64,000 bases of DNA from contig CAVOHZ010000010.1 of NCBI GenBank assembly GCA_963695855.1, positions 1,741,657-1,805,656 of the forward strand, given 5' to 3'. Below the pieces are notes generated by a model, which had not been told where the DNA came from, did not search any database, and saw nothing but the letters and a program-made list of their open reading frames with translations. Below, piece by piece: positions 53,325 through 64,000 of the stretch. The position numbers and the translations under genes are program-made. Each line of letters begins with the position of its first letter. The first letter of the stretch is position 1. Origin of the DNA: an uncultured Nitrososphaerales archaeon (lineage in GTDB: Archaea > Thermoproteota > Nitrososphaeria > Nitrososphaerales > Nitrososphaeraceae).

Positions 53325-53387
53325 ACAAACCCAGGTGTACGGCGCCGGGAGTGGGACTCGAACCTTCGTCCATCAAATGTGGGTTCT
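53325..53387 (+). repeat. att junction: B arm, core, A arm
   Basis: acaaacccaggtgtac g gcgccgggagtgggactcgaacc ttcgtccatcaa atgtgggttct. Confidence 0.9.
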
Positions 53388-53763
53388 CCTATCTGATATT
53401 AAATATTTTCATATTCATATAACTTCATTCTTCAGCCATTTTTGAGACTTTAATGTACACCGTATTTAGAGAAGACGAAGACATTTACAAATATTTCAAT
53501 CAGGTAATCTTAATGATGTGTATTGAAAATTAGAAAAATACAAACAAATTTTATTTTAGATATATTGAACATAAAATACTATTATTCGCTTAAATATTTT
53601 TCTAATAAATAGACTTTAATCTTGATCAGGATAAATTTAGAGAAATCAATTGAAAATATCAAATAAATAATATTTTTTTTAGTTTTATACAATTTATTAT
53701 CTATTATTATCTTTCTATAAGTAATATTTCATTTGTTAATTGAATTAGCACAAAACTGTATTT

Positions 53764-54213
53764 TTAATTAGAAATTAGTTTCTGTTGAAATTTTTCTACA
53801 TTTATTGTCCATATAAGGTAGGGATGAATAATGCAAATATAGTTATAGCTTCCTTCTTGATCGAATGTCTGAGAAAATTTGTCTCCTGGATATAGAATCT
53901 TAGAATCAAATAATGAGGTCTTTAACCCTAAATCTGGCATATCTTCAGATACGGTCTTATCAATAACCATAACCTCTATACCGTTAACAGTATGAATAGT
54001 AGAATCTTTATTTATCCATTCTATAGTGTCACCAACATGAATATTAACTGGATTCGGTACGAAATGTTGTGTGATATTCTTAGCAGCACCACTGGGGATC
54101 GTCACAACAATATTCTCACCGAGTGCATATGAAGAAAATAATGAACTCCACAAAATCAATAATAATAATATTATAAAATAAAAAATATAATACTTCATTA
54201 TTATTTTCACCAA
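53764..54213 (-). CDS. Small secreted cupredoxin (plastocyanin-like)
   Basis: GDTIEWINKD..HTV, FDS, YICIIHPY. Confidence 0.85.
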   Translation of the reverse strand: MVKIIMKYYIFYFIILLLLILWSSLFSSYALGENIVVTIPSGAAKNITQHFVPNPVNIHVGDTIEWINKDSTIHTVNGIEVMVIDKTVSEDMPDLGLKTSLFDSKILYPGDKFSQTFDQEGSYNYICIIHPYLIWTINVEKFQQKLISN

Positions 54214-54538
54214 AGAATGTATTTCTGTAGATATTAATATTATGCTAAAGCATTCTGTTAAAATCTTCGATAAATATCAAGGTCGGTTAGTTATTCCCAC
54301 TCTCTATCATTATAGTGATGACAGGAATGTTGCACCTAATAACACTAATGATTTTTGTATACGATAGGTGATATTTAAAAAATTTAGAATCCTTTATGTT
54401 GCATAATCATTTCTTGTTGACTCTGATGATAGTTTTCTTTTTCTAAAACCTGCACCCGAAATATGGATTCAATTGAAAATGAGTTGATTTCAAATTAATT
54501 CATCTTCTTTCAACAAGGAAATCTCACTCTTATTTCTG

Positions 54539-55522
54539 TTAATGCTGTGAAATTGAATCTAAAATTACTGGCGGTTGTATTTCTCTTACACTCAAATTTC
54601 TAAAATGAACCAGTGCATCATCCCATCTAAAAGTCGCAGTAGGGGAACCCCATGTAATTATATGATCATCTTTGCCTTGACACTTGTTACCGTCACTACC
54701 CCATCCTCCCTTGTCTAGGTATTCTGCAATTTTTGTCCATGTGTTGTTTGCTAAGGGATCCAACCAGAGTTCTAAGCTTACTGTACCATCAGGAAGATTA
54801 TACGTAACGCCTTTAAATCTAAACCAGTTCTTATCAAGTGTACCAAACGGACTTTTATTTATAGGTATTTTCCATGGTTTTGCATGTACTTGTTCCTTAC
54901 TTATACTACTGGTTCCATCAAAATGGATTTTAAGTCTATAGCTTGATCCACCACATCCATTATTGATTAGAGAATGATCCTCAGAGCGAGCATAATGAGT
55001 TATCCCTGGACCTTCACCTTTTTTATATAAATACTCTCCAGTCATCTCTACATTCTTCCAGTCTGAAGGTTTATACCAATAGCCTTTTTTTGAGAGCTGT
55101 GTAAAGTTATAAGTTTCCATATTTGCCTTTGGATAGCCTATTCCGTCTTTAGAGTATACTCCCATTCGAGATCTTTCGCCTATGTTATAACTCCCATCCT
55201 CGTTCTTTACTATGCTCTTATAGTTATGCAGATACGGATCTGATTCTGGATCATAATTATTCATAAACCATTCAAAACCGCTTTCTGCAGTGGGATAGAT
55301 TTTTTTTATTCCAAATATGTCGAAATCATTAGAATTTTCTTGCTGATATTTAATTTTCATTATACGAAGAGCAGTATTATCTTGATTTACAGATTCTCGA
55401 TTTTCGTACTTATTCTGTTGTGAAAATACCAGTCTCTCATTTATAACGTAAGTGGTGGCTATTAAAATAAAAAATGATATGAGTATTATCGATCCATTTT
55501 TTATTATACCATTCTTTTCCAT
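54539..55522 (-). CDS. Secreted beta-rich hypothetical protein (possibly carbohydrate-active)
   Basis: Signal peptide; DIFGIKKIYPT, WKNVEMTG, ITWGSP.ATFRWD, SVREI. Confidence 0.7.
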   Translation of the reverse strand: MEKNGIIKNGSIILISFFILIATTYVINERLVFSQQNKYENRESVNQDNTALRIMKIKYQQENSNDFDIFGIKKIYPTAESGFEWFMNNYDPESDPYLHNYKSIVKNEDGSYNIGERSRMGVYSKDGIGYPKANMETYNFTQLSKKGYWYKPSDWKNVEMTGEYLYKKGEGPGITHYARSEDHSLINNGCGGSSYRLKIHFDGTSSISKEQVHAKPWKIPINKSPFGTLDKNWFRFKGVTYNLPDGTVSLELWLDPLANNTWTKIAEYLDKGGWGSDGNKCQGKDDHIITWGSPTATFRWDDALVHFRNLSVREIQPPVILDSISQH

Positions 55523-55677
55523 AAATACAACACCTGTATGAATTTAAGAACGTTTTAAGCTGATAAGTATAAAGAGCGAAGAGATCATTGAAAAAGAATC
55601 TTAAAGCAAAAAATATGTATAAAAAAAAATTTCAATGTTTTTATATTTAAGATTTCGTTACTTAAGGTACTGCTTGT

Positions 55678-56185
55678 TCAACTAGATTCTTGGCGTGGTG
55701 CATCAATACACTTTTGTACTCCTTCAGCAGCGATGTAACCTTTGACAGTTTCTTTCAGGTCTAGAGTAGATATTCCTTCAAATACTGCAGCAAACTTTGG
55801 ATGCTTTGCTTTGAAATCTGCGACCTTCGCTTGAATTTCCTCATCGGTCATCATCTCTTCCAAGGGTGAACCAGTCTGATTTGTTACTTTCTCTTGAACT
55901 AGATTCTTTGCATGGAATTTCAACATCTTTTGTAGTGCTTCAAGATGGCGTATCTTAGCTTTGATAGTCTCTTTCAAGTCTAGATTTGGTATTTCTTCAA
56001 GAATAGCGGCAAACTTTGGATGCTTTGCCTTAAAATCTGTTATTTTTGTCTTTATTTCTTCCTCTGTCATCATGTAATCGGTTGCATTCATAGGCTTGTG
56101 CTACAGCGTTTCTAGGCAGAGATGTAAGTACTGCTGCACTTATTAAGAGAATTCCTAAAGTTAGGAATATTGATACATTTTTCAT
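55678..56185 (-). pseudogene. Secreted two-repeat protein with its signal peptide out of frame
   Basis: DFKAKHPKFAA..LDLKET twice; MKNVSIFLTLGILL.. leader from 56185 is frameshifted near 56092. Confidence 0.65.
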
Positions 56186-56515
56186 AGTAAAAACACTTTC
56201 ATAAACATATTATAATAGACTTCTCATTATTCTCTTTATAGAAAATTATATTATCTATAGAAGATTGTATTATACTTTGTCTTATATATAATTTCATCAG
56301 GTAAATATAGAAAGTTATACTTTAATCACTATACATAAACAAAAGTCTTAAAACAAATTTTTAGTCTGTAATTATATATTAAAACTAAAAATAAACTCAT
56401 GTTATCTATATTTGTCTATAAATACTCTGTATATAAATTTTTTAATATTTAGTAATATTATATAATAATAATATATTATTAGTATATTATTAGATAAAAA
56501 TATTCTACATGTATT

Positions 56516-56755
56516 GTGATATATACAAAAGGTTTGAGAGGTTTTCGCGGAATAGTAATTGGTAGCATTGTTGGTTTAGATATTTTTTTCTTGGCATTTA
56601 TTTCTGGTTCTTCTATGAATCCTGTTAGATCGTTAGCACCTGCTTTATTATCTGGAACGATAAACGATTTGTGGCTTTATTTGTCTGCTACTTTCATAGG
56701 AACTTCATTTATAGCCTTGCTATTTAGGGGTAAATTTACTAAGAATATTAAATAA
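56516..56755 (+). pseudogene. Aquaporin (MIP) C-terminal fragment
   Basis: ISGSSMNPVRSLAPA second NPA-type box only. Confidence 0.75.
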
Positions 56756-56977
56756 ATGCTGGCTACCTAAATTTCGTGTATTCTTAAATCACGGAAAATA
56801 TCGAATCACAGAGAAGAAATATCATCTAATGATAGTATGTAAATTCATTTTAGCAATATTAGATTGTAAGTTATAATGAGCTACACATTTGTGACATTTA
56901 TCCTATTTCTCCATAAAAAAATAAAGAATTGAATATAATAATTATCATTAATAAGTAATTTATTAGATGATATAACA

Positions 56978-57478
56978 CTACTTTATAACTAATACTGGAC
57001 AATGAGCATATGTTACCACTCCACTCACTACGCTACCAAGAAGCAATTTCTTGAAACCAGTACTTCCTCTTGTTCCTACCACGATTAAATCAATATCGTT
57101 TTTTTCAGAATAATCTACTAAGGCTATTGATGGGTTAGTTGTGCGAGGAGTCATAATTATATGAGTTTGAGAATTTAAATTTAGTTTGTCTGCTTTTTCT
57201 TTTATCTTGTCAAGCATCTTCTGTATTTCTTGTTTTTGATTTTTATAGACTTTTTCAAGTTCTTCAGGTTTCCCCCAACTATAGGGATATTCTCCATGAA
57301 GCCAAGGCTCTGTTTCAAGAATATTTACAATCAGTAACAATTTACTTTTGTATTTTTCAGCTAATTCTATTGCATGTTCAGCAGCCTCAAATGACTTTTC
57401 AGAACCATCAATTCCAACTAGAATTTTTTTAATATGGTTTTGTGCTATTTTATTATTGGTAACAGTATCGATAAACAA
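56978..57478 (-). CDS. uspA: Universal stress protein
   Basis: KILVGIDGS, DLIVVGTRG, LLLGSV, AHCPVLVIK. Confidence 0.92.
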   Translation of the reverse strand: MFIDTVTNNKIAQNHIKKILVGIDGSEKSFEAAEHAIELAEKYKSKLLLIVNILETEPWLHGEYPYSWGKPEELEKVYKNQKQEIQKMLDKIKEKADKLNLNSQTHIIMTPRTTNPSIALVDYSEKNDIDLIVVGTRGSTGFKKLLLGSVVSGVVTYAHCPVLVIK

Positions 57479-57540
57479 TTTAGGTGAGAAGATAATAACA
57501 ACGTTGAATAAAAACTTAAAATAACCATATCAAAAATTAC

Positions 57541-58629
57541 ATATCCATAACTCGAAAGGAACCTAAAATCTCGAAAATTTACGAAAAGGAACTTGATGTA
57601 TTTAACAAATATCTATCAATTTGGGTAGCAATTTGTATTGTATCTGGAACTTTGATAGGATATTTTTTTCCTTCGTTATCTACTTCCTTGTCAGAGATTG
57701 AGTTTGCAAATGTCTCACTTCCTATAGCAATAGTACTTTTGATGATGATGTATCCAATTATGCTTAAAGTAAAATATTCAGACCTGTTGAACTTTAGGAA
57801 AAATGCAAAGGTTATGGCTTTTACATTGACCCTAAATTGGGCAGTCCAACCTTTTATGATGGCTTTCATCGCTTGGTTGTTTATGGGCGTTATTTTTTCT
57901 TCTATAATTCCTGAAAAATTACATAAAGAATACATGATGGGTATGATAATTCTTGGACTTGCGCCTTGTACTGCAATGACACTTGTATGGACATATCTTG
58001 CTAAGGCTAATGTTAGCTGTGCACTACTTCAAGTGTCAATAAATGATCTAATTATCCTTATTCTTTATGTTCCTCTTGGCGCGTTTTTGCTTGGAGCCAC
58101 TGGTTTCTCTGTTCCTCTTGACACGCTTTTTGTCTCAATTTTACTGTATGTTGCAGTACCTTTGGGATTGGCGGCATTAACGCGAAGAGTAGCAATCAAG
58201 ACAAAGGGAGAAGAATGGCTTGATTTTCACCTAATTGAGAGAATTGATAAAATTACTCCTATTGGTCTTTTGATAACTCTAGTTCTTATTTTTATTTTCC
58301 AAGGTGACACGATCATAAAGTTTCCTTACCACTTGATATTAATTGTAATTCCTCTTGTACTACACACCTATCTAATCTTTGCATTAGGATATTTTGGATC
58401 AAAAAAGTTGAGAATACCTTATCCCGAAGCAGCACCTACCGCTTTCATTGGAGCAAGTAACTTTTTTGAACTTGCAGTAGCAGTATCTACAATTCTGTTT
58501 GGTGTGCACTCTGGAGTTACTTTAGCAATTACGGTTGGTGTTCTAGTAGAAGTTCCGGTAATGCTTTCTCTTGTACAAATTATGAAAAGGAATAAATCAA
58601 AATTCCAATTTGATTCTTCAGAATCTTGA
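57541..58629 (+). CDS. acr3: Acr3-family arsenite efflux transporter
   Basis: MMYPIMLKV, LNW.VQPF.M, GLAPCTAM, GASNFFELAVAV, GVLVEVPVML; the frame extends upstream of the TTG at 57652 (KYLSIWV), so the start is uncertain. Confidence 0.92.
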   Translation: MSITRKEPKISKIYEKELDVFNKYLSIWVAICIVSGTLIGYFFPSLSTSLSEIEFANVSLPIAIVLLMMMYPIMLKVKYSDLLNFRKNAKVMAFTLTLNWAVQPFMMAFIAWLFMGVIFSSIIPEKLHKEYMMGMIILGLAPCTAMTLVWTYLAKANVSCALLQVSINDLIILILYVPLGAFLLGATGFSVPLDTLFVSILLYVAVPLGLAALTRRVAIKTKGEEWLDFHLIERIDKITPIGLLITLVLIFIFQGDTIIKFPYHLILIVIPLVLHTYLIFALGYFGSKKLRIPYPEAAPTAFIGASNFFELAVAVSTILFGVHSGVTLAITVGVLVEVPVMLSLVQIMKRNKSKFQFDSSES

Positions 58630-59043
58630 AATAAATTTTAATTGTAAATTTGTATAGTTATCCTGTTTTAATTGATTCCTTAATGTTTATTTTTTGCCTT
58701 TCTAGAAATGTTTAAATAGAACAAATTTAAGTAGGATAAATGTTTACAACTTGTATACATTTTTACAGACACAAATTGATGATCAACAAATTTTCGGAAT
58801 ATTTCGAAGATCTAACTTATCATCATTAGAGGATAGATTCTCTTCGATTATCTGCAAATGAGTTTTCTAGTAAATTCTTGTTTTTCCAGATGAATCATTG
58901 TTTTCTTTTTATAGATATATCTAATGGTCTTGGTATTAGAATTATTAACATATATCTTTTATTTTTGTCATCTATCAATCTAACAAATAACAGCATAAAA
59001 AACAAGTTCTTCATATAGTATGAAGACTAATATAGAGTAAATA

Positions 59044-59300
59044 ATGACGACAGAATTCAGTTATCATTATTTGCCATATTGTGTTACTGTTTTCTTTCTT
59101 TTTTACTCTATGTTTTATTGTTAGTCCACGGGGAATTTGAACAAGAAGAAGACTATTCAAACATGGACATATATGGAAATACATTTTACAACAATATCCA
59201 GGACGAAATCTTGGACACTGAACAACCCGTTCCAATGAATACCACCGAGATGATAGAAATAGGAAAGAACCTTACGATTATCCACAATACACAATCCTAA
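59044..59300 (+). pseudogene. MxTEFSY gene copy 3, frameshifted
   Basis: ATG at 59044; T4 instead of the T5 seen in copy 2, near 59113. Confidence 0.7.
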
Positions 59301-59450
59301 CAAGTGGGGACGGAAAAAACTGCATTTTTGGGGACTCAGAATACGGGGAAGTATTGGTACGACAACAAAAATATAATATTTTTCTTCTATTGTAGAAGAA
59401 GGCAATCAAAATAATTATATTAAAATACTTTAAAAAGATATCTTATAACC

Positions 59451-60960
59451 ATGACAAAACAGACTACTGCAACATTTATTATTTTAGTATCCTCAATTAT
59501 CACAGCAATTTTTGCAGTAAATACTTTTTTTCCTTCTTCCATTCCAAAACGCATTTGCACACCATATATTAAAAGAAATTGCTGTAACGGAAAGAGCTAT
59601 GAAAATTTCTTTAGAAGAACCGTTATTGTTTGTATCAAATTTAGGCAAACCAGTAATATCTATTATTCGTCCAGTCTCTGATAATGTAGTACGGAACTAT
59701 CAATACCACAAATGGTGTAATGGATGTTGAAGGTATTATTGATAAAAATAAAGTTTATGTTGCTACATTTCAGACTGGAGAAATAGAAGTATATGATCTA
59801 CGACAAAAGAGTTGATAAAAAAATTCCTCTTCCTGGTTCTACTATACAATTTCCAACGAGATTAGCAGATACTGTATTGGTAACTTCAACAGTGATTACT
59901 GGAGGATCATCCCTTGACTATAACCATAATAATGGACTTGTCTGTCACAAACTATAACACTGATGAGGTAATAGTAATAGATACTAAAAATAATGATACA
60001 ATAGTAAAAACAATAGATGTTTCTCCACATCCTATGGATCTAAAGGTAGACCCTGTTACCAATCAGGTCTTGGTAACAAGTTTTGCATCCACAAAGTTGA
60101 CGTTTATCAGGAGATACAAATGAGATAACAGGAACAGTAGATACGGGTATTTCTCCTGGGGTATTGGTATAGATAATCGTGAACATCTTGCATATATTGC
60201 TCATCATAATAGTCCCTATATTGCTGTAGATGGATATTTTAAACAAAAAAGTAATCAAGCAAATACCTATTGGTTTTGAGGCTCAATCAGTAGTGGTAGA
60301 TACCAATGAACACAAGGTATATGTATCATTTCATGATATCGATAAAATCGTAAAAATTAACGGAAATAACAACGAAATTGAGACTGTGATACAACTAGAT
60401 GGTAGAATACCAAATGATATGACTGTTGACCCAACTTCCCACAAGTTATATGCTTCTATAAAATATTCTAATAATCTTTGGGTTATGGGGCCAGAAGCAT
60501 ATTCTGTTAATATTCCTGTAGTAACAAAAGAACCTCCAATCTTGTATGTGGATAATATTTTATCAGGAGATGGTGGGATTGTTCAGTATAAGTCCCGTAT
60601 CCATGGATACTGTTGCTGCTGCTGTTGCGACCTCTGCTGGAGAAAATAATATCGTTTCTCCATATTTAACATCATTTGCTATTTTAGACAGTGAAAATAA
60701 AGACCTAACAATGTATGTAACATCCCCAGATGGCGGAAATTTACAAATAAAAATGCCAAAAACAATTTTATATTCTATGATTGAAACAGAAGAAGAAGGA
60801 AAAGGAAATGTAACAGGTTCTAAATTCACGGTCTTAATAGATAGTATAAACAAAATTTGAAGAAATAAAACAACAACAAAAAGATACAACAAAAGAAATC
60901 TCAGTATTTATTCCAAAAGGGGATAAAAAAGTAGAAATTATAGGAAAAGACATTTCCTAA
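59451..60960 (+). pseudogene. YncE/YVTN beta-propeller protein, multiply frameshifted
   Basis: VIVIDTK..VKTIDV..P..L.VDP.TN and VVVDTNEHKVYV repeats spread over several ORFs. Confidence 0.75.
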
Positions 60961-61496
60961 ATTTTTTATTTCGTGCTATAAAAAACACAAAAATTAGAAT
61001 AATAATAAAGATTTACTGATTCTTTTGCTTTCCTAGTAGGTTCTTTAAAAAAAGGAAAAGAAGGAAGGAATAAAGTTATGCAATAACCTCATTTTTTTCA
61101 GTTTATGTATTTTACTTTCATAATGTAAATAGACGAATAAAAGAAAAACAAAACGAACAAATTTCCTTAATTAACCTGTCAGAATGAATATTCAAGGTTC
61201 TAATGCTAGCACTGGGTTGTATTAGTTAAGTAATTGTAGAAGGTGTTTATGTTTAAAGACTAAAGTAGATGATATTTTATAATGGTTCAAATTTATATTG
61301 AGGTATCAAATTTAGTAACAAGATTATAATACATTTTATATATTTTCTTAAAATCGTGTTAAGGTGAGAAAGTGAATCCTGAGCACAGCAAGCATCTAAG
61401 AAGATTTATTTCAAAAATGAAAAAATTATTTTCTCATCTTAACATACATCAATAACATCGACAATGGTATTACAAATGCCTGTTGACTTATTTTTG

Positions 61497-61890
61497 TTAC
61501 AGCATCTTTCCAGTTAACAGTATTATCAATAATCCAATTATCAAATCCATCTGGTATCCATATACCGGTTGTCTTTGATATCTAATAAAATCACGGCAAT
61601 AACTACTGTTGTAAATAAGATTATAAATAAGGTAATGTACGATTTCTATAACGTGCCTCAAAAAACGTAGATATTGCATATATAATTGCAATGCCTGCAA
61701 ACAATACAGACTCTGCTCTTTGTTCCGCTGATTTTTCTATTAATCCATCTGTCTTTGATTCTTCTGATTCTTGATATTCATGAATGGCATTATATGCATA
61801 AACTACTATATTTGGAACCATTAATACGATAAAGAGAACTAGTAGAATATTGGAAAGTTTTTCCTTTTGTATTTTTATATCTTCTTTCAT
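61497..61890 (-). pseudogene. Fragmented membrane protein
   Basis: Two overlapping hydrophobic ORFs in different frames. Confidence 0.45.
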
Positions 61891-62109
61891 TGTAAATATG
61901 TTGGATAATTAATCATATAAAAATTGGGTTATCAATTGCACTGAATAGTTACAATTTTCGAGAACGACTACTAACCACTTTTTAGCAATATCTGTCATTG
62001 TATAACTTCTGATGGATTAATATCAGTGTCTAACTATTTCCAACTACATAGAGGAGTAAATTTAGGGATTGCCAATTTTTAATGATAACATAAATTTAAT
62101 TTATAATGT

Positions 62110-63372
62110 GTAGACTACACAGGTTGAACACTTAGGAACTGGAACTACTGTCCAGGTACCAGGTTAGATAAGGTATTTCTGTATGCAAATGAAATATATA
62201 ATTCACGACTCAGGAAGGATTTTCCTGTCAAAGATTTTATGTTTTATAATCCTTACAACTAATTTATATATCTACTTCCCCGAGCGTCCAAAGCAGTGAC
62301 TTAGCAGACTATAACCCCAGTTATGAATACAGTATGGATTTATTCGAAGGTGTTAAAACATACTAACTATATTGCTTTATCAATATCCTCCAAACTAAAG
62401 ACGTTACCAATTTTACCCCAAATAAGAAACACATATCTTCACCGAGTTTCAAATGAAGGGGATTGCTTGGCCTTCTCAATGTCTTCCCTGGAGTAGATTT
62501 TATCAAGTCAATATAGGATGATCAAGTTTTCACCGTTTGTAAAGACAAGTGTCCTGGGGTTTCTGTTCTATAGATTGCATAAGGCCGTTAGGTGCGTTAG
62601 GCCTTGATACCATTTTTGTATGTTGGCTTACGACTTGGCTATGTAGCGCTCGGCTACTGCACGTACGTCTTCCTGCTGACCCTTTGTAAAGAAGTCGCAC
62701 TCGTCCAACAGGATAAACTTGGGGTTATCCAAACTTATAAAACTATCAACGTGATGACTTGGGAATGATTCGATAGTTACCCCATTTAAGTTAAGTAATG
62801 TATCCTTACTATGAAGTAAATTTCTAAGGGTTCAAATAATAATTTCATACGCTTTATTAACTTCTTGCTCAAGTCCCGATTAGGTACAGTTACTATAACC
62901 ATTTGACTGTTTTGATAGTCGTTATTAGTAAACATAACCAGGCCATATATCTTCGCAAAAATAGTTAAGTGATACCCAATCCAGTTGATTTGAGAATCCA
63001 TAAGCATCTATCCTATCTGTAACAAACCTAAAACTACTTTCTCGTAATCAAATAACTCTTTACTAATTCCATCCTTTTTAGGTAGGCCCAACACGTGATT
63101 AAAACAGCATGTAGGGCGATTGAATTCATGTAATCGTCTTGTTGTTCTGAGAATCTCTAAATGTAATTCGGGTTTATCTGGGTATATCCAAGAGGAATGT
63201 CTTTGTGTCTTTGCAGGAACTTAGCAAATTTCTTCGTCTGAGGCCAGAAGTCTCTGGGAACCATGTTATGGATGGAATCTCCTGCTGCTGTTGTCCCGTT
63301 GTCGGTCTAGCACAGGGGAATCAACGTCCTCTCTGCTAATCTGATATTGAATGGGATGGATTGGTTTGGCAT
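62110..63372 (-). pseudogene. Terminase large subunit, heavily decayed
   Basis: Remnants CCFNHV.GLPKKDG, YQNSQMVIVT.PN.DL.KKLIKRMK, DNPKFILLDECDFF, KSPSFE, LHTEIP. Confidence 0.8.
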
Positions 63373-63387
63373 TCTCTTTCCTTATTC

Positions 63388-63837
63388 TTATCCTCCTTTT
63401 TTGTCTATTAAATTCTTGATTGTGGCTATAATAGGAGTAACCATTCCTAATGAAGTAAGTTGTTGATTGTTTGCTATTAGCTCAGCAACCAATTTTACAA
63501 TCAAGTTATTATCTTTTTGTAAATCAGGCTTATTCATTTCAATATGCCATTGCTTCAATGTCTCTTTTTGTATAGTTTCCATTTCCTGAATTAGTTTTCT
63601 ATAGAATTCTACAAATCCCTGTATTGGCATAGTATGATATCCATTGCATTGTAATAGTTTCGTCATTTAATACCTGCAATCTAAATTTTTTGTATGAGCC
63701 TTCGGAAAAGTCTAAATTCAATCTTGATTTAACATAATCTATAGTTCTTTGTTTACCAGACTCATTATGTCAGAATCTAGCATACACTGCCTGATCAAAT
63801 GTTTTTGTTCTTTAGTAAAATTCTTTTTTTTGGACAT
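63388..63837 (-). pseudogene. A-type terminase small subunit, frameshifted
   Basis: GFVEFYRK.IQEME.IQKETLKQWHIEMNKPDLQKD nearly identical to 21282..21893. Confidence 0.8.
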
Positions 63838-64000
63838 AAGTTATGTTCACTTATAGTATTTTTTCGTCTCAATCACTATGCATATCTTTCCTAAGTCAGG
63901 ACAGAACTAAAATTTCTTATTAATATAATCATCATAATAGTTATCATCATTATCGACTACCACTTTTCTCCACTGAATTGACAATTGCTGATAAATTGAC

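Larger units (their letters stand above)
31400..53364. mobile_element. Integrative element B, about 22 kb, both ends visible
   Basis: Exact 23-bp direct repeats, a perfect 16-bp inverted arm pair inside the ends, integrase at the right end, replication and terminase modules. Confidence 0.88.
53342..64000. mobile_element. Third, decayed A-type element (continues past the right edge)
   Basis: Starts with an A-type arm; terL/terS pseudogenes at 62.1-63.8 kb, the 63.14-63.86 kb part closely matching 21.2-21.9 kb. Confidence 0.6.

Overview
AT-rich archaeal DNA, most consistent with a soil ammonia-oxidising archaeon (Nitrososphaeraceae-like). This is inferred from MEDS sensors, P-II, cupredoxins, AEP-PriX primases and archaeal tRNA 3' fragments. 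Most of the window is a head-to-tail stack of related integrative elements joined at a 23-bp tRNA-derived att core (exact at 31400-31422 and 53342-53364, degenerate at 7578, 13017 and 13525). The two best-preserved elements share one backbone: att, tyrosine integrase, convergent wHTH-like gene, small RHH/AbrB regulator, P-loop ATPase, AEP-PriX primase, optional ParB-methylase, TerS and TerL. Neither has a recognisable capsid, portal or tail gene, giving a PICI/P4-like satellite layout. Inverted arms flank the att core, and inverted iteron-like repeats sit inside the replication genes. The main cargo is a family of secreted proteins with a constant N-terminal module, shuffled C-terminal domains and a shared upstream sequence of about 135 bp. 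Other cargo includes P-II, cupredoxins, Acr3, UspA, tag and many pseudogenes. No intact tRNA, rRNA or CRISPR array was seen. All calls come from reading motifs by eye; no database search was run.
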